From: Camelus dromedarius
Lineage: Eukaryota
Assembly (NCBI RefSeq): GCF_036321535.1
Contig: NC_087436.1
Location: forward strand, 75,890,001 to 75,954,000
Reading direction: 5' to 3'
DNA length: 64,000 nucleotides
Below are positions 43,801-58,555 of the stretch, in pieces; the first letter of the stretch is position 1; the number at the start of each line of letters is the position of its first letter. The notes below the pieces were generated by a model that did not search any database, was not told where the DNA came from, and saw nothing but the letters and a program-made list of their open reading frames with translations. A program made the position numbers and the translations under genes.

Positions 43801-43900
43801 CCCAAAGGGCAGGATCTCAGCCCCTAGATTCAGGCTCACTGGAAGTAGTTGGTTTTTCTGGGACCAGTGTCCAGCCTGAAGCTGTCTGGGGGCCCCAGCA
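37845..43900 (-). mobile_element. Older near-full-length L1 (degenerate 3'UTR, ORF2, ORF1), antisense
   Basis: Decayed L1 protein fragments ([34 protein letters not shown]...GNFNT) and ORF1-like region ~42700-43600; colinear with the young L1 but with many stops; ends approximate. Confidence 0.88.
41862..42346 (+). mobile_element. Internally deleted Tigger1-type DNA transposon nested in the L1 inter-ORF region
   Basis: Begins taggcatactttgttttattg, ends gatatctctgagtttgccca (degenerate TIRs), TA on both sides. Confidence 0.8.
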
Positions 43901-45699
43901 GTAATCACCTCTTTAACATAACAAAGACCAGTATCTGTCACTGGTTCTTTTATTTTTGTAGGATTTTGAGAACATTTGGAAATTTTATAGTATTCTTCAT
44001 AATCCCATATTTGGAATTGTAAATTTAGCATTAATTTAACGACTGTGTCTTGAACTGGACTTGAACAATATATTGAATTGGACATAGAAATATATAATAA
44101 GTGGAATTTGTGGATACTGCCAGTGATCTTCTGATTTATGTATGACATGAGTTGAAAATTGAAATATGTAAAAATATAGTCAAAACTCTGGTTGGAGGTG
44201 CCTGAGGGAGTGATGAGCATGGATTGGGTTGGTCATGAAAGACTTCTGTGAAGAAGATGTGTTGAGGAATTGGTGGCAAGCAGGTGATAGTCCTCTCTTG
44301 GATTACTATAATGTCTTAACTAGTTACCTCCCACTGAGTGCCGCCTTCAAACAGAAATATTATTAGCTAACTTTAAAAACTTCATCAGAAAATTTTGGAA
44401 AATATAGTATTTGGAGAAATATAAACAATCCCATTTCATTTGAGAGCAGGTACTGTTGACCATTATTTACCATGTTTAGGTACAGATCATAGTTGATAAA
44501 CACGTAGAAAATTTAACATTTTGGTGGATCTTTGTCTGATGTAGGATTGGTGCAGTTGTTGAACTTTAACTTTTAGGAACAGGAGTTTTATGAATAAAAC
44601 TTAATATTTCCCCCTAATTTTCCTAATTCATAGGGTTAAAATAACTTTGTTATGTGGATGGTTGAGAATGGATATATAGGATCCATGGTTTCTTCAGGAA
44701 TTTTTGCCCTGGTTCATTGTGTACTTAACTAGGTTGTACTTCAGAATCACCTGGGGGACTCCACCTGCCCTGCCCCAGTTAATAACCAATTTATATCATT
44801 ATATATTCTTAACATATACAAAACAAGAAAAATGAGTAGGGGAATTTTCAGCAAAATACATACATTTGGCCTGAGACCTTCTGAATCAGACTTGAGGTCA
44901 GAACCTAGAAACTATTCAATATTAACCCCCTCACACACAGCTACCCCCCACCCTGCCACATACACACATACCACCAGCTCACCAGGCAATTCTAATGCAG
45001 TTATGTTGGAGAAACATTGCTCTAGGGGAATCTCTAGAATGTCTCAAAATAAATGCTATATAAATGATTTATCTTGACCTGTACCCATACTACCTTCATA
45101 TCTAGAGTAGTCTAAATTTTAGCATTTTCCCTAATTTTTAAATAAAATTTGACTAGTTTAAGTAGCACTTTATTAATGCTACTAATTTGTTAATGCTTGC
45201 ACATAAAATTAATGCTAAGTGAACATCTTTTAAAGAAATGCCCTGCATTGTTAGAGCTTTTACTTAAGTACCTTTCCCAAACATCATCTTTTTCTCTCCT
45301 GGTAACTGCCTTGTGAGGTGGTTGATTTAATTTCCCCGAAACTGTATACACGGAAATCCATATCTGTAAGATGGGAGTCGTACAGTTTCTTATACCTGCA
45401 GTTAGACTCTGGAATAAATCTGCGCTGATTCTGGCGTGTCCTAGGAGCTCTTTTCCCCTGTTGTTTATCTCCAATGGTTTACTTTTCCTTTGAGTGCTTT
45501 GTACTGAACTGGAGTGCTAGTGTCTTATCGTTGCTGAATTTGCTGCTTTAGAAGGACTAGCAGATTGATAAAAGTGACATACCATTTTTTTGTTTTAAAA
45601 TTATAATTAAGCTACAAAATATTCTATGTTAAAATGAGTTTTAAAAACTGAAGGTGGAAAACTTTGTTTTAAATGTGACAGAAGCATTTGTTCTTTAGA

Positions 45700-46275
45700 A
45701 TACCTGGCTATGCGTTTCAGATACGATGCTCTCTTGGGTATGTTTAACAGACTGTCCAAGTAACTATGACATAAATAGTGAGGTCATTTATCATCTTACA
45801 TGAGAGTTCTGGAAGGCGGTGGATCTACAGTTGTCTAATTCAGTAGCCTAACTGTGTCAGTGTTCTGGGTCCTTTTCTTTCTGATTCTTTTTTCCATCGT
45901 GGCCACAGATGGCTTCCATAGGTCTAAGCATTATATACTTATATAGGAGAATCCAAAAGCTGGAAGAAGAGCAAGGCCTTCTTTATAGCCTTCTCTCTCT
46001 CTCTCTTTTATTTTTTTCCTGAGAGGAAAATCTTTCCCTGCAGCCCTTAGCAGATCTTCCCTTCTGTCCCATTAGCCAAAACTGGTTACATGTCCAGTTC
46101 TAAATCAGTTGCTGACAAGAGGAAATGGGATTCCCATTATCGCCTTAGAACAATGTTAGTTCATCCCCTGGACCTGGAGGAGGGAGGAGGGAGGGCCTTA
46201 CACATCTGATCCCTTGATGTCTCATATTAAGTAGCAGAGAAGGGGAGTCAGATGGGTAGGCAGTCACTAGAATAC
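45700..46275. mobile_element. Ancient MLT1-like (MaLR) LTR
   Basis: tcccattagccaaaactggttacatgtcc and related MLT1J/K-like motifs; heavily diverged. Confidence 0.5.
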
Positions 46276-46582
46276 TGCTAAACTGTAGTAGTATAGTTAT
46301 GTCGTTGCATTTTCCACATTCTACATAAGAACTGTTCCCATCCAAATGATACTACTATTGTAAACTTTAAAATTAGAGAATCATGTTCACCTGAGAAGCA
46401 TGTTATCCTGTATGTGCTGCTTCATGATTGTCACAGGAAGCCCATGTTTCAGCTGTTAACTTAGTATATTAGTTGCTTACTGTTCCAATTTTTGTCTTGT
46501 GTACAGTTTATTTCCCTCTGAGATTAAGCTTCTCTAAGATGTTACATGATTTCAGCAGTAGTTTCAGATTCTTTTTATTTAA

Positions 46583-46780
<198 letters not shown>

Positions 46781-47244
46781 TAATATTAACCAGCTTTTAG
46801 GTAAGCTGCTTATTGGCCTATGTATATCTAGAAAACCTTTGAAGGATGTTCCTTATAGCCATACTTAGGGCTAAATGCAGCCAACTCCTTCCTCTCCTCC
46901 TTTCCCTGTTGTAGTTCAACAGGCAAGCTACTCTGCTTTCTTTTTTCCTTTTAAAAATAATTTAATTACAGAATATTTGGGGAATAGAAAAATTTAGAGA
47001 ATTAGTGAACAGCAGTTTACCCACTACTCAGCAAAGAGTTAAAATCTTACAGATAATTTGAAGTCTTCTGTGTATTCTGTTATCCTTATGCTGTTATCCT
47101 CACCCAGAAAGAAACCCCTGTCCTGAATTTGGTGCTTACCTATTCCATGGGTATTTAATACACTCACTGTATGTGTTTGTATTCACAAACAACAGTTTTG
47201 CTTTTCATTTTTTCATTTTTAAAATCATGCTGTAAAGTGGACCC

Positions 47245-47246
<2 letters not shown>

Positions 47247-47285
<39 letters not shown>
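47247..47285. repeat. (TG)n microsatellite in intron 2
   Basis: Directly visible. Confidence 0.95.
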
Positions 47286-47288
<3 letters not shown>

Positions 47289-47544
47289 CTGTAGTATATG
47301 GTAAAGTATGCTTCAACGAGGAAAAAAATTCTTTTTAAATATTAGGAAAAGTGAAAAATATTTTAATAGGCCATTAAAGAAAACTGCACTTAACTAAGCA
47401 GTTTAAAAAAAAGTTACAAAATAAAAATTTCCTTTTTTTCTAGGGTTGCTTATTGTCAGTGTTCTGAATGGCTTCTTATTCTTGTTCCCCCGTCTTCCTC
47501 TTCCTCCTCCTCATCCAGTGTTTATTAAGTGCTAATATATATAA

Positions 47545-48240
47545 CTTTTTGTTTTATTGAGGTAAAATTCATGTTACACATTTTATAAGTCACATTTCGA
47601 TGTGAACATTTCAGCCGTATTTAGTACATTGACAATGTTGTGCAACAACTACCTCTGTCTGGTTCTAAAACCTTTTCATTGCTTCTAAAGGAACCCCTCT
47701 GCCCATTCAGCAGTTGCACCCCATTCTACTCTTGTTCCAGCCCCTGGCAACCACCCATCTGTGTTACCTCTATGGATTGACCTATTCTGGATCTTTCATA
47801 GAAATGGAATCATGCAATATGTGACCTTTTGTGTCTGACTTCTTTCACTTAGCATGTTTTTGAGGTTCATCCACATTGTAGCACTTGTTGGCACTTTATT
47901 CCTTTTCATGGCTGAATAATATTCCATTATGTATACCATATATATCACAGTTTGTTTATCTGTTCATCTGTTGATGGAATATTTTTTCAAACCGTGGATG
48001 GATATTTGGGCTGTTTCTACCTTTTGACTATTGTGAATAGTGCTGCTACAATTATGTGTACATATTTATTTATTTGAGTACTTTTCACTTCTTTTGGGTA
48101 TGTATCTAAGAGTTGAATTGCTGGGTCAATTCCATATCTGACTTTTTTAGGAACCATTAAACTGTTTTCCGTAGCAGCCAAACCAGCAGTTTATGAGGGT
48201 TCTAGTTTTTCTACTTCCTTGTAAACACTTGTTATTGACA
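47545..48240 (-). mobile_element. Old L1 3' end in intron 2
   Basis: L1 3'UTR/ORF2-end motifs (ggctgaataatattccatt, gtgaatagtgctgcta). Confidence 0.8.
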
Positions 48241-49524
48241 CTCCTACCCAACTGCTAAGAAGGAGATTTTCTTATTTTTAATCAACATCCTTATCAACAC
48301 ATATATTTTGATCTCTCTTCTTTGAAGATAGACATGTTTATACAATCTAACTTAATCTGAATTCTGCTATTATCCCTGTCCCTTAGCTACACTAGAGTTG
48401 ATCAGGCTTTGAGACTTGCTTTTTTTAAAGAAAGGCTATTAGTCAAAAGGATGAAAAGGTTTACCCCAAGGTAAGAGGGCATCTTAGACTAAGTTTTCTG
48501 ACTAACTTGGGCTCAGATATGGTACTATTGTACCATAATTCTTCCTTTCAATAGGATTTGTGTAATTTTGAGATACATAAACATATAGTAATCATCAACA
48601 ATAGCAACGTTCAAATCCTGTGCTTTTAAACAAGGTATTTTAGGGGAGATGAGCTCTTTAGAGCAGTTGTCTTCCGGCTCTTTTTTGATGACACATCCTC
48701 TATTATTTATGTTTATAAGTTATTCCCATGTTAGCTGCCATTAGCCAATATCTCAAATTACATTGCATGGTTAAAACTAGGTTTATTTTAATGATAATTG
48801 ATGTAAATTATTATTTTGTAAAAAATATTATTTTGAGTAGTATTCTTGATCATTGTTTTTTAATTCATAGACAGGCCTAACTTAATTCATTATTATTTTT
48901 AACTTTATTATGTGTTGATGATTGTCTTGTACTAAGAGCAGAAATGTCAGAATTGCCATTTTCTTCTTATTTCCTTGTACTTGTACTATTAGTATTATCT
49001 TTAATCTATGGTTTCTTTACAGAAAACTTTTTTAGCTATTTGTTCATATTTCTATTTGTTCACCATTTCATGGTCTTTAGTTAAAAGTACATACATTCAT
49101 AAATCCACTTAACTACATAGTCATAAATTGCAATATGGTGCAGACAAAACAAACAAATGAGAGTATAATTTTTGGTTCATAAATATTAGAGCTTAATATA
49201 TTTATTTTTTAGAGATAGAAATATAAGTAAAAGTTCTGATACTTTATTTTTAGTCCCAAAAGACTCTCATACTCTCACTTTTGGAGATGGTTACTTTCGG
49301 ATGAACCATCTTCTTCCTCATTTAATTAAAAAATAAGTATTCATTGAATATTTGCCTGTTTGAAGATGACAGTGACATGTAAGTAAATTTTCCATTGAAA
49401 CCTTTTGAGATGTCGGATTCCATACTTTTAAATCTTACTTTGTGAAATTCTTTAAATATATTAATTTAGAATTCACATCATCACTAACAATAGAGCTTTA
49501 AAGTGTGTGTTTTCCAATTTTTAA

Positions 49525-49695
<171 letters not shown>

Positions 49696-52017
49696 TAAAA
49701 TGGGTTATTGGGTGTCTTGATTTCTCCCTGGGCAGCTGTCACCTAATTCTGGACACATAATGCAATCTAAGTTTTAATTATTTGTCTAATTAAGGAATGC
49801 TGTTAGAAAAGATTTAAAATCTAGTCATAGCTGTTGCAGTGATGATATGAGCATGTAAACAGACAATTAGAAAAATGCTCTTGAGTTTAAAACAGGAAAT
49901 TAAGCAGGTAAAGAGCAGTTACCTGACATGTTTCCTATGCATTTCTTTCATAATCCAACCAAGAAGAGCATACTTTGTCCATATTAGTATTATAAGATTT
50001 TTTTCAAGCACTCTCTTATGTTATCTTTGAATGTATTACATGTAATAAGTTTAAAGGATACATTTTGATCTATAATTTGTATAAAATTATGTAGTCATTT
50101 ATAAACATTAGAAGGAAAAAAGTCACATTTTATTTGGATCTAATGTGGTAGGTTCAAAGAAATATTTACTTGTTTAGTATGCCTTAAGAATTACAATAAT
50201 AATTATTAAAATCCCTGAAAAATTGTTTTTACTTAAATATGTGTGAAGGGGGCAAGCAACAGTGTTTCCTGCAAACTTGCCCTTTTCTTTTCCCGTTAGA
50301 TTATATCTGGCAGTTTGGGTTATAGGGGACCCTGGTTTATTTTTAGATTCTTTTAAGACAGTTATGACTGTTAATTATGATACCAGGAACTGTTGTCCCT
50401 TCCTGAAGGTTGAAGGAGAAGGATGATGGTGATGGTAATGGAGGAAATGTGGTCTCACTTCCTCCAGTCTTGTAAGAGGAAAATGAAGTGAATCAATATT
50501 ATAATACCTATTGTGATCTGTTAGTAATTTATTTCCACGTATAATATAAAAATTAGATGTTTTCTTGATGGTTTTTCTTTATTCATGTCTCTTCTCTACT
50601 GTAAAGCATTGTGATCTCTTTAAGGAAAAAAAAGCTGATTTTCTTTATTCTACTTTCTTGAATTCTAGCATTTAACATACTAATTCTTAAGTGGGTTAGA
50701 GTTGACTAATAGTCCTTGGCTTCTTGTAACTTTTTGAAAATAATTTAATCAAGAATAATCGTAACCCTGGATGAGTTTAATTAATTGCCATCCAGAAGAC
50801 ATTTTAAAAAGGGAACTAAATGAGCTTCACTTTTTAGGGGAGTGAGTATTTGGGGCCAATGGTGCAATCTACTGCAGATAAAATTTAATTTTCTTGTTAA
50901 CAAAAACCAAGTATTAAAATTTAAATAGGATGATAGGTTGGACTGTATGGCTTTTTAAATTAAATGGTAATAAGTGTAATCTCAGAGTTATGAAGATTGT
51001 TGGATGATCATTTTAAGAGGTTAGAAAAATGTTGACTTTTTAAATTTTAATGATGAAATTAGACAGAGTATGAAAATTTTTCTTTAGGATATGATACCTG
51101 TTTGAAAAATAGGGAACGATTTGGGAATTATGTGCTTCTTGTTTTAAAAGACCTTCAGTATATATTGTTTGCTTTCTGAATCTGATTTTTAAATTTTTCA
51201 TTAGAATACTTTTAATTTTCAGAATATGATTTTGAATAATGAAATTTTATTTGTTTCTACATTTGAAATGCAGCTCAAATACGGGTTTTAGCTTTTTCTG
51301 AGGACTTGGATTTTGTGATTCAAGGTTTCTAGTCCAAAGATCTCTGAGAGGAAGAAAGAGGGTTGACTTTTGTTTAAAATTTATTCTACTCATTACAACA
51401 TTGAAAATTTGGAAGGAGTAGAATGAGTTCAAAGTTATGATTTCTTTAGCTGTGAGATGGTATTTAAAGACTGTGAATGAACACCAATAAAATACTTTTT
51501 TAAAAGTGTTTAATTTTTGGATAAAACAAGTCAGGACATCTGACAAACAAGAAAATGGAGGAAATTGCTGCCTCAATCTTATATGACAGTCTGACAAATA
51601 ATACCAAGTAGACCTGAGTTTTCTGAAAGTTGGGGATTGATAGGCAAATTTAATGTTTTTTTCTACTTTAAGTTTCGAAGAAAAAAGCAGCTATTTCAGA
51701 AGATATATAAGAATGCTGTTTAGACAGTAATGATGGAAGGAGCAGATGTGTATGAATCTTCTTACAGATTACAAAATAACAGTCACTTATTTGAACTTGT
51801 TAAAGGAAAGTTTCAAGTTAACATAAGCTTGCCTTCTTCAATTTCCAAACCTGATTTCTGTTAGAATGCTTTCTGAATGAATCATGTATTTATTTGTATT
51901 CTTAAAGTATAATGATAGAAAACTTTTTCTTAATAATTAAGAAATATCATTTTTGGATGATCAATTACTGTAGTATATTGTAATATTTAATATATTGTAG
52001 AATGTGTATATAACAGC

Positions 52018-53697
<1,680 letters not shown>

Positions 53698-53899
53698 TTA
53701 CCTTAACTCGGTGGTGATTGTCACTTTAAGGCTACTTTATCTTATGTTTTTGTGGAATCTGACCTCTTTTATATGGTACCCACTTGTTACATTGGAAAAA
53801 GTCCCCAAAGGGGATTGAATATTCCTAGTATCATATTGCTTGAGCTATAATTACACATATTACTTAGAACCATAGATGTCTTCTTTGATACCTGTTCAC

Positions 53900-54270
53900 A
53901 CTGAGATTACAAAAATTCCTCCTCCTAAAATGCTTTATGCCCAGAAATGCTGTGGCTAGTCTTTCCCCAACTTCAAGTGTGCTCAGATTCACTTTCTCAG
54001 TGAGTCCATCCTTGCACCACCTTACGTATACTTACAACCTAACCTTTTCATTCTCTGCTTGCTCTGCCTTTTATTATCACTTGTTGCTTTCTCAGATGCT
54101 ATATAATTTGCTTACGTATTATGCCTATTGTTTATTTTCTGTCCTCTCCCACTATAATGTAAGCTCCATGTGGGCAGGGACTTTGCTCTTTTGTAGTGAG
54201 GTATCCAAGCATTTGGAACAGTGCCTGGCACATAGCGGGGTCTCAGTAAACATTTAATGAATGAATGAAT
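53900..54270 (+). mobile_element. L2 3' end
   Basis: aatgtaagctccatgtgggcaggga...cagtgcctggcacatag...aatgaatgaatgaa. Confidence 0.75.
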
Positions 54271-54368
54271 CCCAATTCTGACTAATTATACAAAATTTAT
54301 GAAAAGAGCTAATAAAATGTTCTTAAGATACAAGAGAATAGAGGATGTCACTTAGAATATAGGTTGTT

Positions 54369-54400
54369 CTAAATGTCCATCAACAGATGTTTGGATAAAG

Positions 54401-54432
<32 letters not shown>

Positions 54433-54896
54433 ACACACACAGGAATACTACTCAGCAATAAAAAAGAATGAAATAATACCATTTTCAGCAACATGGATGG
54501 ACTTAGAGATTATTATACTAAGAGAAAAGTCAGAAAGAGATAAATACCATATTACTTATGTGGAATCTAAAGTATGATACAAATGAACTTATTTACAAAA
54601 CAGAAACAGACTCACAGAGATAGAAAACAAAAGGGAAAGGGGGTGGGGGAAAGATAAATTAGGAGTTTAGGATTAGCAGATACAAACTACTATATATAAA
54701 ATAAATAAACAACAAGTTCCTATTACTGAATGACATAGGGAATTCTAATCGATATCCTATAATAAAACCATAAGGGAAAAGAATATGGAAAAGAATGTAT
54801 GTATGTATAACTGAATCACTATGCTGTACACCAGAAACTAACACTACATTATAAATCAACTATACTTCAGTAAAAATTTTTAAAAAATCTTAAAAA
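54369..54896 (+). mobile_element. 5'-truncated L1 3' end, sense, in intron 4, containing (CA)n
   Basis: aaatgtccatcaacagatg...cagcaacatggatggacttagag; imperfect TSD agaatataggttgtt (54354-54368) / agaatgtaagttgtt (54897-54911). Confidence 0.85.
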
Positions 54897-55409
54897 AGAA
54901 TGTAAGTTGTTAACAATGAAAGCATCATCTAGGGAAACCTAAGGTAAAAGGATACAAGTCAAGGGAAGCTTGAAATGCATGACTGCAGATCTCTGTCCCT
55001 TAATTTGGATAACCTATATAGTTCATTTCAGTTCTTTTGAATATGTAACTTCTACATTCTCCCTAATAATTTGGTCTGTTTTTTTGTGCTGTTGTAGCTC
55101 ATTAACTTTTTTAATGTAAAGTTGATGTCTTCAACTGAATCTTCTTGATTTTAAAACAAAAAAGACATTGAACTGCATAATTTTGTATAGACCCATACTT
55201 CATATACTTAGTTCTTTTTACATGTGTAAATTTATGCAAACGTATGTTTATTTTAAGTAGATTTCTTATATAAGCATTTTATGCAAATCTTTTAAAAGTA
55301 GGCTAAAATGCAATAAAGAAGAAAAATGATAAAGAAACTATGATATGAGTATTTTGGTAGTGTAGAGAATCACTCATTCAGGAAAAACTATTGTGAAAAA
55401 AGTTAATAA

Positions 55410-55645
55410 TAATACTATCTTTTATCCTGCACTTACCTTATTTTGGTTACTGTTCTAAGCTCTTTACATGTTTTAGTTCATTCAGTTTTTACAACCATTC
55501 CATGTAATAAATATTATTTCCCCCATTTTATAGGTAAGGAAACTAAAGCACAAAAGTGGTTAAGCAAATTGTCCCAGGGTACATATGCTAGTAAGTGGCA
55601 GAGTTGGACTGTGAACCCAGACTCTCCTGTTCTAGAAACTGTGCA
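55410..55645 (-). mobile_element. MIR SINE
   Basis: MIR core cccattttataggtaaggaaactaaagcac...gtaagtggcagag. Confidence 0.75.
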
Positions 55646-56099
55646 CATAATTTTATTTAAGTTTCTACAATTCTGATCTCTAAGTTAAGGCATAAAGTCA
55701 ATCCGTGTTTTTCAGTGTAGCATATTAGATAAAAGTGGAATTAGGAGTCAATCAGAAGTAGAATTGTAATGGGTTTTGTTACTTTTCTACAGATAAGCTG
55801 AAGTGTTAGGAGAAGAATAAAGGTATAGTGTAGACTCTGACTGCTGTTAGTTCTTCTCTTTCATAGAAACGGTTTCAGAGAGGACTTAGGGTTTCTTGGC
55901 CCTTGCAAAAATCGTCCTGGGATGGGAGAAGCACTTCTTTGGGCTTAGTAAGAGAAATAGTAGCTATAGTAAGGTATATTTTTGGTTTGAATTATTTCCC
56001 CTTTCTTACAATTTGAGGTATCTTCTATCTTTCTCTCTCTTCTCTCTCTCCACATGGCACAAGCTCTTTAGTGTTTATTGAGTAAAAACATTGTTGTAA

Positions 56100-56276
<177 letters not shown>

Positions 56277-58291
56277 TAAGTGTCTGTCTTTATTGCACTT
56301 CATCTCGTGGGAATTTTAGTTAACTTGAGTCTGTGACCAGCCCAGCTAATATAAATTTAGGTATTCCATTTATAGATCTCTTTAAGATATTTCTGTGCCA
56401 TAGACACCGATTAGCTTATGTCTCATTGAGTTCAATAGGAAATGCATTTTACCATGGAAACAAAATTTTCATCTACATTGTAAACAAATTTATCAAGAAG
56501 TTTGTTAAATAAGCTATAGTAATTAGTGGAATCATTAAAGGGAGTTTTAGGTTCTTGTTGAGTTCAGTTAAACATCTTTGTTTTATTGATACTGAGGATT
56601 TGTGCTTGTTAGGAAAAAATTAAATTATTTAAAAACATGTAGGCTTTTACTTCATATTTAACATTAAGAAGATTAACCTATTAATTAATGCATTGAAAAC
56701 TATGTGGAAAACTTGTTACTTTATAATAATGTATTAGAAGACTCTTCAGTAGAAATAGAACTCATATGTGCCTTCTGTTTTTTTAATCTTGTACTTTCCA
56801 TGGTTGCTAGAGTGCTATAGGGACCGTCCCTGACTTTTCTGTTTTCTAGTTTTAGAAAATAGTACTATTGTAATTCTTCGATTACTTAATAAAATGATAC
56901 AGAATGTAGAAAGATCTGTCAGAATAGGAATTTCTAAATAGTTGCCTTTTTAAAGTTGTTTTTCTTCATTTCCTCACAAATTCACAATTGTTTAAGACTG
57001 TCTAGAAGCTTTCATTTGAACTGCAACATGTGTTTTGAAATAGCTCGAACAGAACTGATCTTACTCTGGCCCACTTGTACCAAACTGTGGTTTTCTAGAC
57101 TTACGTGTTTCCACTCAGGATATGATGATTATGTTAGATTCCGTAAAAACAAACTCCTTAGTAAACATACAAATGTCCTGAAGAAAACCAGAACAATGAA
57201 TTATTAAATTGGCTTTTTGTGAATATATGTAGGTACATATAATCTTAAAAGTTATTGGATTATGGTATATAATGGCTGCTATAGGATTCTGCTCAAGCAT
57301 CTCTGACTTGTTGGAAGCTTCATTTCTTGCTGTTAAGATCTGAAGTACAGTTAAGTAAGGTTCAGCAGAATTTTACAGTAGCGATGAATGCAAGCTCATG
57401 TGTTCCTGTGCTTTGTGGCTCAATTGAGGAGAAAATGGTCTAACCATTTATTCAGCTAACAGGTGTTTATTCAGGGCCTGCAATGTAGTGGGCACTGTTG
57501 TTGGCACTGCAGTATATAGCAGTGAACAGAAAAAAGTCCTGCTCTCATGCAGTTTATATACTGGTGTCTTAGATCACTCTTCTACTGTAGTATCATTCAG
57601 AATGCCTCACCAATCAGGGTAATTTGGAAAAAGTAAGATGGTAGAATGTTGAACTTCAAGATACTTCGTGTAAAATAAAACGTATCAACACTCAAAATGA
57701 ATCTTAAATTATGCCATAATATGGGAGCTCCTTCGATATCTAATAATTTCTGCCAGGAAATTGAGCACAACTTAATTCAGATATTTTGTTCATATTGGAT
57801 TTGGAGTTTTTATACTGGTAAATATTTATCCATAGTATCTTCTAATTCCAAATTGCTTGTGCCATCAGTTTCAGAAGTGTACTTAATTAGTGTAGTTAGA
57901 ATTACGGCAACTAGGTTACTTGTAAAACAACAATTACAAAAACAAACCTAAAGGAGATCTACTACCATGTGTAAGGAATTATGCTAGAGTCTATAAAAAC
58001 AAACTGCTTAGTAAACATATAAACTAATTTTTTGAGAGGGTAGAAGCTTTACTTTTAAATTAATAGACCAAAATATTTTGATAAGGATATTTTTATAGTC
58101 AAATTGTATCTTTCATATAAGAAATTCAAGGAAAACTATGTTTCCAATATGTTGTCTTTATTGAAAATTTTTCTATTAAAAATTCATTTTTTATATTATT
58201 AGAGATGCTGTTGTACTTGTTGAATAAAAATGTGTATAGATGCTTTGTATTGTTTAATCCTTGATGGACTTTTAATGAGCTTTTAAAATAG

Positions 58292-58555
<264 letters not shown>

